From the NCBI RefSeq assembly GCF_022539665.2, contig NC_081331.1:5580001-5644000 (forward strand): DNA of 64,000 nt, read 5' to 3'. This DNA comes from Daphnia carinata. Taxonomy: Eukaryota. A program made the position numbers and the translations under genes. The notes below the pieces were generated by a model. It searched no databases and was not told where the DNA came from. It was given only the letters and a program-made list of their open reading frames with translations. Position 1 is the first letter of the stretch, and each line of letters begins with the position of its first letter. Positions 1 through 10,826 of the stretch are shown in pieces.

Positions 1-420
1 GTTCCAAGTTACGTGTTGCCAACCCCCTGCCTATTCCGTCACTTTCTCCTTTACATATGTTACCTGACATATGGAATGATCAAGTGACCGATTTGTTTTC
101 TATCTTCTTATTTCTTTCACTTTGTTGCAGAATAGTAAGCCGTTTGTTCCGTGACTTTTTTACTCTTCGAGTGGTTTTCGCTCGTTGCCATGACACCTTA
201 GAAACAGAAAAGAAAAGTATAGTAATAATTGGAAGCACGATTAAGATGCTAATGGAATTTGAAGTGTTTCCTGTTTCGAATTGGCATGTTGGTAGACCAA
301 CACAGTCTGCCCCGACCGAAAATATAAATCTCAATGTTAATACTAAATTTTTTTTACACTACAATTATTACTAAGCACGAAAAGAATAGTTTAAGACACG
401 AAAGAGGAGAGGAATTGGTT

Positions 421-3221
421 TTAGGTCGGTGGGGATTTATTCACTTGTGACCGCCGTGCAATCCTTTGACACCGTGGACAAGATGCCGGGGTGCTCCAGC
501 ACGGTCGGTGAAAGCAGCTACCACACTGATTACAGCGAATCACAGTGTCCACTTGGAAAGGAAAGATCACTTCAGACGAATGACATTTTTCACAGAGAAA
601 TCCCCGGGCTTTGCATAACTAGAAAGCATATTGAAAAGATGAGACGATCACACTCTAGGCAGAAAATGTTATGATGATACCTCGCAGTGAATGATGTGCT
701 TCATTCCATTTGAAACAATTTGGCGCAAAATCTGGAATAGTTCACCAGAATTTACCCTGGTTAGATCATACAATGAATATATTTCAGGGTCCTCGAGCCA
801 ATCCGCCGCTTGTTTTCGGAATTCTTCCCAGACACTAGAAACACAGATATTTAAAAATTATACAATGACATAAAAAAGATATAATTATGACATACTCGGA
901 ACCGAAACGGCAAATACGTAGGAATTCTGCAACATTTATTAGCTGTAAACGTAGCTCAAGGACTTTGTTTAGTTGTCGACACCGACGGTATAGCAACGGA
1001 TTAATGTAACCCAGTCGAAAGAGGGGATCAAACCACATTCTTTCTAGCAGATCATATGAAAAGTTTGAAACAGGATACCTGCAAAGAAACAAAATGATAT
1101 ATATCAGGTTCAAAAAAAAAACAAAAAAACAATACACGAGCTTACTTTCTAAAATCCCATTTCTTGAAAATCCGACTAGGCACAACAAAGGTTTTGTTCG
1201 AATGGCAAGCTGTGCAGAAATAACGTCCCAAATAATGGCAATAACGGAAGTTATGACTGTGTTCGGGTTCAACTCTCATGCCACACCCCGCACAGCGATA
1301 ATTTTGTTTCGCCATGACAACCTTGAGACTGTGAAACAACTACATGAATACCACACGAGCAATGAAAATAGTTTAGCATCTCACTTACTTCGGTGACGTA
1401 TACACAGCAAAGACGATCTGAGGACGCGGCGGTGCCCATTCACTATTTCCTCGAAGGTTTGTCATCTGCCCCTCATCAATTTCGTTTTCTTTCAATTGCA
1501 TGAATGGATCATCAGGATTGATGGGCCAACTTTGTGGCATTGGCAACAGCTAAATGGATTGTTATGATAAGCATTGAGCGAAAAATTGTACGAATGCGAC
1601 TAGTCAATTATTACGTGTTGGGGTGCATCCTTCTCCGACACTAGCCATTCCATATCCGATTCGTTTGGTAGCCGAAGTTGACTGAAGTGGCCCAAAAGAT
1701 TAAGTGCAACGTTTTCGGCAGAAACAGTTGATTCATTAAGAATTCCTAATGAAGGTGAGGGTGTAGAAGCAGAGACTGGTGATGGAGGTGACGGGGTAAA
1801 CAGGGCTCGCCGGCTAGTAGAATCACCACTTATTCGATGTTGTTTGACGGCAATAGGAGCGCTCGGCATTACGGTGGTCGCATCGGATGGATTTTCGGAT
1901 TGAAAACCCGAATTCATTCGAGATATCAAACGCGAATGAACGCGTCTCAAACGAGCCAATTTTCGCGATCTTCGTCTTTCTTTTTCAATTGCTGAGCAAA
2001 ACGACGTGAATGATATACCTGTAGCAAACAAAACAAAAAATCATCTGAAGGTGTCAGTTACTAGCTTTTGATAAAAAGTACCGGAATCAATACGTTCCAT
2101 AGCATCATTCTTTTTAAAATCTGCGAACAATATTGCTGATGCTAGGGAACTCGAAGGCGAGAATGGAGGGGTTGTCGCCGAAACACTTGATTCCGGTGAC
2201 ATGCTACAGTCTGTGGGTGCATTGGAAACTAAAGAAAAAAAAACAACATAAAATTGAGCATTAGGAGTGAAAGGACCAGCCAACTATTTGGCTGCCTAAA
2301 CGCTACCAAAATGTTTATAACTAAATGCTGATTGCAATTCAAATTTCATTTGACGGATTTCCTCGTCACTCTCGTCGTTGAGATCGCTTTTGATTAACTG
2401 ATCATCCTCTTCATCTTCTTTACTATCAGTCCATCTGTAGAATTTTGTCTAACAAAACAATAAACAAAAATGAGATAGTAACTTGTGTTATTATTATTGT
2501 TTATGTGTGTTACTTCTTCAATTGCAGCAATCATCGCTTCGGAAACACTAAAATGTGCATTTTCTCTATCAAGCTCAGGACCAATTTTTTTTGACTGATT
2601 TGACATCAAATAATCTACTAAGGATTGGCCTCTTTGCCTTCTACAAATGGTTAAAAAGACATACTGAATATTCGAACATATATTTATTTTGACTTACACT
2701 TACTTTGGATATTCATGACCTCCAGCAGCCACAACAATACTACTTCCACCGTCTTCCAAGAAGCGTGGTCTAGATAAGCTGCTTGAACCATCTTTTAAAT
2801 GAAATTCATGTTTTTTATATGATGCTAAAATACATTCGTTAGACTTGTGATTACCTGTTGCCTTTTCACAGGTATTCCTAGCTTGTGTAAAAGATGGAAC
2901 CTGCTGGTGCTCATAGGAAGTAGAACTCAGACCAGTGCAGTCAGAAAAAGATCTTACATGTTTTGACCGATGATGAGTTGCAGGTGCCTTTACTGATTCA
3001 GCAATAGCAAGGTTGGGATGGGGGTCATAAGAATTTTTTACAGCCATCTTAATCTCACTAAGAACTGAACCAGAAGATTCATCGGGACGAGATCCAATTG
3101 GTTCGTCTAGAAAAGAATTTGTTGCAGAGATTTCAGCTTTAACTGGAAGTAGGGCAACTTTTGGTATGCATCCGGTGTTCACTGCCGAGATGTTCTCGTT
3201 TTCTCTCTCGATCATAGTCAT
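421..3221 (-). CDS. RUBCN: Rubicon-family (Rubicon homology / zf-RING_9 domain) autophagy-endosomal regulator, multi-exon
   Basis: Minus-strand exons encode family motifs ELDRENAHFSVSEAMIAAIEE, LLGHFSQLRLPNESDMEWLVSEKDAPQ, RGNSEWAPPRPQIVF, QNYRCAGCG...FRYCHYLGRYFCTACH...PSRIFKKWDF and a last exon LCKARGFLCEKC..FPF..RCNQCGSCFHRPC..CPRCQR...PPT* (stop at 421-423). GT-AG introns lie between them. First in-frame ATG at 3221; the true start is uncertain. Confidence 0.88.
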
Positions 3222-3579
3222 GTTGCTCAACTTCCGGAGATTCTTGAGTCCATCGTCTGTCAAACTAGCTAATCTAAGACTTTGGCTAATAAAAATAAAA
3301 TGTATGCCTAGTTCCGAATTTTATTTATTTGCAGTGGCTCAAGTGAGAAGTGGGAGTATTCCTTTTTTTATTATGGCGTCTGCAAACGCAGTTGTTGTTT
3401 TCTAGAAACTAAGTTGTCAAGCGGAAGACCGCTAGGTGCCGTGTAGTAGAAAAAAAGAAAAACGAATAAAAAAATAAATAAACCATTGCCAAATTAAAAG
3501 CTTTATTTTTTTATCATGATAAAACACAAATTTTCACTAAAATCGATGGAAATAGTTTAAATGGTATGGCAGTCGGTTA

Positions 3580-4589
3580 TCTTCTCTACTCTATAAAACA
3601 ACAAGGAAAAATGGGGAGGAGTTTGCTTGTCTGTCACATTGTGCATTTGTTGTGCTTGGCCTGCAGGGGACTACCTGAAAAAGGGTTCACCGCGTCTGTA
3701 ATCGGCGGGATGAGGCTTTTGGAAGAATAGAATGTGGATGGAAACGTGGATATATGCAGCTTTTCAGCCCGCGAGCATTGCTTATACCGGGAGGGCGACA
3801 GCACGTAAGCCGACGGGCAGGGATGGCGGGTGCTTTGCAAAATAATATTGATTAAATATCTTTTTTACAAAAAAAAAATTTAATAGCATAACAATAAAGA
3901 TTCGAACCTGTAATATCAGCATGGCAGCCGAAAACTATGCCACAGCGCCATATTTCAATCACTAATTATATACATAAGCTACCTGTTTAACTAAAAGACA
4001 GCCAAAGCTAAATTTGGTTCGGATGTGCGGTCCTGGCACAATGGTTATCCTCGCTTTGTATTCTGAAGTCCCGGGTTCAAATCCCGCCACCATCAATTTC
4101 CAAGCCCTCCCTTCCCTCCCTGCTCTCCTCCCACCGCCCACCCACATCATCATTCACGATTCGCAAGATTCATCATCTCGTCGGATTATGCAACATTCAG
4201 CATCTTCATAACAACGGATTGAATCAAAAATTCTTCTTCTCATCAGATTACATCTTCATCGTTTCGGATATCTCTACACCAAATGACAACGCTGGATACC
4301 CCGTTCAAGAAAGAAGAAAAAGAAGAGCCATGCCTACTATAAAGGGGCTAAAAATGGCACAAAAAATCGATCTGTAGTAACGTTCACTACATAGAAGATC
4401 GGCCCACAAACTCAGGTAGAGAAGAGGTAATCGGAGCTTGTAGGTTGTTCGTAAGTCTCCCCATGGCCACTAGGTTCATGGATGCAGGCAGCTAATCATC
4501 GAGCAATGTGACCCTCTTCGATACCGCTTTTTGTTTTCCTGTGTCTAACCCCAACGACCAGTAGGGCGGCTACCAGGTATGCAGACTAG
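3580..4589 (+). mobile_element. Putative non-autonomous Helitron-like element (~1 kb)
   Basis: Starts TC (TCTTCTCTACTCTATAAAAC...GTCTGTCAC) after A3579 and ends CTAG before T4590. A short imperfect hairpin (GTAG-GGCGG-CTAC, 4561-4574) lies ~15 nt before the 3' end. No TSD, no TIR, no coding capacity: the A|TC...CTAG|T pattern of Helitrons. Confidence 0.6.
3898..4084. promoter_or_regulatory. Two divergent tRNA-like Pol III internal promoter (A-box/B-box) heads
   Basis: Plus strand: A-box TGGCACAATGG (4034-4044) and B-box GGTTCAAATCC (4074-4084). Minus strand: A-box TGGCGCTGTGG (3950-3940) and B-box GGTTCGAATCT (3908-3898). Neither folds by eye into a complete cloverleaf. Confidence 0.55.
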
Positions 4590-4733
4590 TAAATAATATA
4601 ACACAAACAACCGTCACATAATAAAACCGGTTGCCATGTATAACACCTAGCGTTGATTAATTGAAAACAAAAAAAATAAATAAAATAAAAAGGTTAAAAC
4701 ACATCATCGGTCAGTAAAATCCCTGGACCTTCG

Positions 4734-6327
4734 TTAGAAAAAACTTGTCGGTGAGTTCATATCGAAACCATAAATCATATTAAATACGCCATCCATATTT
4801 TCTTGAACTTCCGACGCTGTTTCAGCTCTCATTTGCTTTCCACGGGTGGCAGGAAGACCCGTGAGCAGTGAGACAAATTTTTCTCTGAGATCTTTCTTCA
4901 TGCACGCTTCAATTTTCCTTCCTCTGAAACACTTAAAGAAGGCGTATGGAGTGGCCACTTCTCTCAAAATTGGGACGTCCCGATATGTCTTTGTGGGAAT
5001 ACAGCTCTATTAATTAAAGGGCAGAGAATCAGTATACCACTGTGATCTGGCATGGAATTACTAATTCAATAAATTCACTAGAAAAAAAAAAATTTACACA
5101 AAAAACTCTTACTGTAAATTGTTGGCATGTTTCGATTCCGTCCATGAGATCAGCTTTAAGTTCAGCAGTGACGGGAAGGTCGTCTATACGCTTCCGGATG
5201 TTAGTATAATTCGGCTGCATGTCATCTCCGATCTATTTATCGTTCAATGGTAAAGAATGAGCAATCAAAGCAATCAGAAAAAAAAAAAAAAATCATCACT
5301 TACAAAGCCAATTTCTTTCATTACACAGGTTGCGTTTCCGAGAATTGCTTCATGTTTAGAAAAAATTTTATTGACAAAAGGAAACGCAAAAGGTCCTGTC
5401 GGTCGTGAGCCCTCTGCGACCGCGGGCAATTCTTCAACGATCGCCAGATTGTCCTCCGGCATTGTTCGGTGTTCTGCACGTTTCTGTAGAAAATGTAAAA
5501 AGAAAAAAAATTATTGGGTAAATAAGCAAAAGCAAAGTTTTTTTTCTAAATACCCAGCGATAGCCTCCTGGGTTAATGGGTTCGCCATAATAATAGCCAG
5601 CATCTCCATATGGAAATCTCTGTTGGAACTGGAGCCTTCGATTGGGCGGAAAATAACCAAGCCAGAAACGAGGATCATCATATCCAAATGGGGGATATTG
5701 ATTGACGACTTCCTGAGGGATTTTCTAATATTGGATTGCAACTTTAAGCCAAAATGAATAAAGATTTTCTGGTAAATTACTTACGACTGCAGGAGGTCGA
5801 TAGACGGTAAACGGAACTTGCTTAACCGAACTATCAAGAGTGGGAATAGTATCACTTGGGACGGAAGTTGTAGTGATAGTAGTAGAAGGATCTGTAGGAG
5901 GAGCTGTAGCAGGATCTGTCGGAGGAGCTGTCGGAGGAGCTGTCGGAGGAGCTGTAGGAGGATCCGTAACAGGCTCTGTGAGAGACTCTGTCTGCGTTAC
6001 TTGAGGTTCTCCCGGTGCTTGTTCCAAATTAAAAGATCCCATTTGTTCCAAAATGGGAAGAAATGATGGTTTTCCACGGCAACGCGCATATGCTAATGCG
6101 ACTTCGCTTAGCATATTGCTTACAGCTTCTTTACCATAACAATCTTCCATAATCTAAAAGACATTTGTGAAGATTATGAGATTATAACATTTCCAAGATA
6201 ACATTTTTTTTGTATACTCTACCTTCATGGTTGCATATTTCTGGAAGATGACGTCAGATACCTCTTCGAAAATTGGCGTAACATCAGTCACGAATATGGC
6301 AAGGAGAAGAACAAATGCGGATTTCAT
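4734..6327 (-). CDS. Uncharacterised secreted Cys-containing protein with Pro/Thr-rich and Tyr/Gly/Pro-rich linker (about 6 coding exons)
   Basis: Signal peptide MKSAFVLLLAIFVTDVTP (ATG 6327 directly after a ttcag acceptor). Exons splice in frame: ..QKYATMK|IMEDCYGKEAV..ARCRG..(PPTA)n..|KIPQEVVNQYPPFGYDDPRFW..GGYRW|KRAEHRT..NATCVMKEIGF|IGDDMQPNY..ETCQQFT|SCIPTK..FFKCFRGRKIEACMKKDLRE..PTSFF*. Upstream non-coding exon donor near 6386. Confidence 0.8.
5887..5970 (-). repeat. Coding 12-bp tandem repeat (PPTA/PPTD/PATA units)
   Basis: Plus strand shows about 6-7 copies of GGAGGAGCTGTC/GGAGGAGCTGTA/GGATCTGT variants, translating as TDPPTAPPTAPPTAPPTDPATAPPTDPST. Confidence 0.9.
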
Positions 6328-6444
6328 CTGAATAAAAAATAAAAATTTAAGCAATTTCCTATTAGTACAAAATAATTATCCTCACCTTAGATGCGTGAAG
6401 ATGGTCTGAACCACCGACTAGGGATTCAATACGAACGTCACTTG

Positions 6445-6452
6445 TATATATA
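6445..6452 (-). promoter_or_regulatory. Candidate TATA box of the secreted-protein gene
   Basis: TATATATA lies ~60 bp upstream of the donor (AG|GTGAGG near 6386) of a short non-coding first exon. Confidence 0.45.
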
Positions 6453-6646
6453 GTGCTCTCCTGAAGTCGAGGGTAAACACATTGCCTACGGCATAAAAAA
6501 AGGTTTTGGAAAACGTGAATGCTGAATTGAAGAAGCCATTCCGGTTTTTTCTTAATCAACCACCATCATTTTACCCTCGAGCAAATTTTTCTTCTTTTTT
6601 GTACTTCACACATTCTTGACCGTTATCATATTTATCCACCTTCATT

Positions 6647-6892
6647 ATGGAAGAGCTTACCTATGTTAGTTCGTTCGTTCAACTTCAGGGATGATTGAAC
6701 TTCGTACCTGAAGGACACCCAGAGCAAATAAAAAAATATCAATCGTCACGCTCAGAACACGAAATTCCTGTTTTAGTTGAAGATGATTTGACGGTAAGGT
6801 GGGACGGCAAAAATGTTTTCGATGCTTATGTTGTTGGCAAATTTTTGATAACACGAATTAAAACAGTCACAGAGATTGAAAGTGTAAGCTAA
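6647..6892 (+). pseudogene. Degenerate protein-coding fragment of unknown family
   Basis: ATGGAAGAGCTTACCTATG.. runs into a TGA stop, followed by protein-like LNFVPEGHPEQ..DDLTVRWDGKNVFDAYVVGK. No continuation into a full gene is visible. Confidence 0.3.
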
Positions 6893-7960
6893 CATACAAG
6901 CAGCATTACTGCCAACGTCTGACAGCAACAGTAAATTACATTGACCTTCTCATCTAAAGAAGGTCATGACCATAAGAAATCTTTTAAGATACCAAGTGTG
7001 CGTGCGCACAGATACGAGACATATTGTTAGCTGGTTTCGTGTTCTTAAATGGCTCACAAGTGTGCCCGTGAATTTCAATTCAACTAGTCATCGTGGGATA
7101 TTTTGCCATTTGAGTGTACGACCGCATGAAAATGAATTATCATATTTTCTAATCGCCAGTTGCTTATAACTTTTCCTTTTTTAAATGTGTGCCTTTAATG
7201 TGCTGAAAATATAGATGATACAACAAAGTTGTTTATACATTCACCTAAGTGGTTTTTAGTATTACCAGACCACGTTCGACGTTGTTGACGTTCCATCCCT
7301 GCATCGGACTCGGTTCACTTTGGAACTTCAACACGTGTTTGCAACGAAGAGCCTTCAGCCATTTTTTTCCGATTGTTTCGTCAGCTTTCTGAACGAGAAC
7401 GCCACATCAGATTTTTTTTTAATGGTAAGAAGTTCTATTTAAATACCCAGAAATGTTATAGATATATTACCTGAAAAGATATTTAATTTTGGAATAAACG
7501 TCTCGTTTTGTTTAATACGGAATGGATCGGATCAGGAAAAATGGCGATAAAAGTGCACATGAGCTTACGACCCATAGTCCAAAACTGTATGGGTTGCTGT
7601 AACGTAACGACACGAGACGACCGAAAGAAAAAACGGTTGCTAACGTAACGAATCTATCGCCATGAGAAACACAGGTGCCTTCTAAATATTAAATTAACGA
7701 CAGTAAAGTGAAGAAATAGCGTAACCAAAGTCTAATTACATAATCGTCACGTGAAACAAAAGTTCTTTGGAAAAACCCACTTCCAGCCTTCCACACCGTG
7801 TGGTTGAACTTGGAGAATAGTAACGCCATCTCTGAGATAAACGTACTACACATATCAACGTACTAGCAGACGATTTTCTACAATTTGTAGTTCAAGCGAA
7901 CGACGGCGCCTTCTGACTTGCTTCTAAAAGACGCGAAGTTGTTTGTTTTTCTTTTCCAAC

Positions 7961-10496
7961 ATGGGACGGAATAGAAGAAGGTTTCAACTGATTTTTCTTT
8001 TGTATAATCATGTGTCAAAAACTTTAAACCTTTATTAAATATTAGTAGTAGGTCACGTTCGAGAGAAAAGGAATCTTCGAGAAGTAGATACCGAGAGTCT
8101 GCTAAACCGTCATCGTCAAGTCTAAGAGAGAAAGATTACGAAGATCGGAATCAAATTAAAGACCATTATAAGCCACGGGAAAGCCGTAGAACTTCAAGGT
8201 AACAATATATAAACATTTCGAAACAGGAATGAATACTAAAAAACATGTGCAAAGCTAGGTCTCCTAAGAGCATCAAAGGCAAAACTGGAGATAGAAAACA
8301 TTCCTCTAGCTCATCAAGTTCAAATGACAGTGACAATAAGTTGGTTATGAATAAGGATCTTTTGGAAAAACTTGAAAAAGAACGCCAAAGAGTCTTGGCA
8401 GAAAAAAAGAAATGGAAAGAACAGGTAACATAAGTTAAAATGATCTGTGTTTCGAAATCGGTCTAAATAATAAAGATAATACCTTGTTTTAATTGCAAGA
8501 TGAAAGCTCTTGAAACTCCAGAAGAGAAACGAAAAAGAAGATTACTTAAAAAGCAAAGTAAAGAGATGAAACGGAAGGAGCAAATGGGATGGGACAGTGA
8601 ACTTCTTCACTACACTAATGCTGATAATCCATTTGGAGATTCCAACCTGCTTGAGAAGTTTGTATGGAAAAAAAAGTTCGAGAAAGAAGGTACATACACA
8701 TGTTTTTATTCCGTGCTTCCGTATATAACACGTCAATTTGCAGGGAGAGGAGACATGAGTCAAGAAGAAATTGAGCGCGAATTAAGAATGAAGCAGCTGG
8801 CGAACCGAGATGAACTTGAAAAGGTAAAAGCAAGAAGACTGGAAAGGGAAAAAGAAAAAGAAGCCAGAGAAGATGAAACAGCTGATCTACAACGGACCAA
8901 AGAAGCTGAACAATTTAGAGAATGGCAAAAGAGCGAAGATCAGTTTCATTTAGAACAAGCCAAACTGCGTTCAGCTATTCGTATTCAAGTAAGTTTTGGC
9001 TACTGATGATGCGTATTGTCAATATAATCTTGATGACTCATTTATTTCTGTTTAAAGGATGGCAGAGCAAAACCCGTTGATGTCCTTGCAAAATATATCA
9101 ATTCTGAAAATGATCCAGAAGCTGTGGAGATGAATGAGCCTTATTTTTATCTTATGGGACTGACCTTAACAGATTTGGAAGATTTAGTAGCTGACATTAA
9201 GGTACGTAAATGTGTTTCCCCATATTTCAAATCACATTTTTTAAAATTTGGTCTACTTATTAGGTTTACATGGAACTTGAGAAAGAGTCTAGCAACTTAG
9301 ATTATTGGAATGATCTAATGGTGATAGTCGAGGACGAAGTTCGCGCCATGAGAAAAATCGAACGATCAAAGAGGAGTGAGTACGAAGCAGCAATGGGCCG
9401 ACAAGAGGGCATTCATACAGCCGTCGCCCAAGACGTGGCAACCATTTTTAAAAACAAGACGGCTCCAGCACTGCTAGCTCTGAAAAGTAACATTGAGAAG
9501 AAAATTGCTGCTCGTCAAGAAGGTGTCGACATTTCCTATTGGGAAAGTCTTCTAAGCCAGCTGAAAGCCCACATTGCTCGCGCAAGGCTGCGAGATCGTC
9601 ATGGGGCTAACTTGAAGAGAAAATTGGAATTGCTCAAAGCCCAACAAGGTCTAATAGACACTGCTGCTGCCGAGGCAACGCGCTTAGGAATCAAAATGGA
9701 GCCAACTGACGAAGATGTCGAAGGAGTTCCAGAGCAACCCAACATAGATAAAGAAGATGAAAATCAAGAGGAAGAAGAGGACGAACCGGGTGCAGATGGT
9801 GGGGAAAGTACTCGCGGTCAAGCTGAAAGGGATCTTCTTGAACCTTGTTTAGTTGCTTATGATTCTGGCCGGTACAGTCCAGTATACTTGGAGCCCAGCC
9901 AAATCGACCCAACACAGCTCGTCTATACTGAAGACGATGATATGGAACGACTGGAGTTTGCACGAGCTCGTGTTCAGGGTCGTGGAGTGGCAGTTGGGGC
10001 GGCTGATTCAGAAGTCTCCCTGGAGGAACGGGCAATGCGAGGTGAAGCGCAAAAAGGCATGTCAGCAGACGAAGCAATCTTTTCAGTCGAATCTGCTATC
10101 GACAAACCTGTTTATCTCTGGTCTGACAAGTATCGGCCGCGTAAACCCCGTTATTTCAACCGCGTCCACACGGGATTCGAGTGGAATAAATATAACCAGA
10201 CACATTATGACATGGACAATCCGCCTCCTAAGATCGTGCAGGGCTACAAGTTCAACATCTTCTATCCTGATTTAATCAACAAAAATTCTACACCTCAGTA
10301 CACTATAACGCCTTGCGCCGACAACAAAGACTTTGGCATTCTACGGTTCCGTGCAGGCCCTCCATATGAAGATATTGCCTTTAAAATTGTCAACCGTGAA
10401 TGGGAGTATTCATACAAAAAAGGATTCCGTTGCCAATTTCATAACAATATCATGCAGTTGTGGTTTCACTTCAAGCGTTATCGATACCGCCGCTAG
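7961..10496 (+). CDS. cactin: Cactin (splicing factor / Cactus interactor), multi-exon
   Basis: RS-rich N-terminus (MGRNRR..SRSRSREKE), ETPEEKRKRRLLKK, YTNADNPFGDSNL, EDQFHLEQAKLRSAIRI|DGRAKPVDVLAKYI, and the diagnostic C-terminal domain KPRYFNRVHTGFEWNKYNQTHYDMDNPPPKIVQGYKFNIFYPDLI...LWFHFKRYRYRR*. Confidence 0.97.
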
Positions 10497-10826
10497 GCAA
10501 TTACGATTTATTTTATTTTACAATGTTTCTTGAACATGAATAATAAAAACATGATTTACTTTTCAGTTTTTCTCTGTATTTTCATTGTACGAGACAACTG
10601 AACGAGGGATGTAATGTAATGAAAAATGTTCTCTTCCATTTGGATATTCTGGTCTTATATAGCTGTTGGCAAATAGTTGTTGGCAATCATAGGTAATTAA
10701 TTCGCTAAATTCATACAGATTTAACTGAGACGGGCATCACGCGAAAAACGCGTTGTAAAGTGTTTTGAACGGTGGTCCATACGAAGCAGTCATGTCGACT
10801 AGCTTTTACTAATAATTATTTTTTTT

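Noticed and set aside
57..374. ORFs at the window start and an exon-like segment (about 64-197, minus strand) with plausible splice sites
   Set aside because: No recognisable homology and stops in the candidate frames; may be UTR or part of a gene outside the window.
4030..4092. Possible tRNA gene
   Set aside because: A and B boxes are present but no convincing anticodon arm or full cloverleaf; treated as a tRNA-derived head within a repeat.
5511..5741. ORF-track frame MQSNIRKSLRK.. as the exon of the secreted protein
   Set aside because: The alternative frame from the aatattag acceptor also splices in phase and is more protein-like (Y/G/P-rich, creates RWKR). Preferred but unproven.
7230..7620. 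Possible small minus-strand gene divergent from cactin
   Set aside because: Splice-like signals exist but the frames I read close quickly; cannot support a CDS or ncRNA.
9691..10275. Overlapping alternative-frame and antisense ORFs in cactin (similar shadow ORFs occur over Inos, Rubicon and the GPCRs)
   Set aside because: Shadow ORFs of real exons with no independent evidence.
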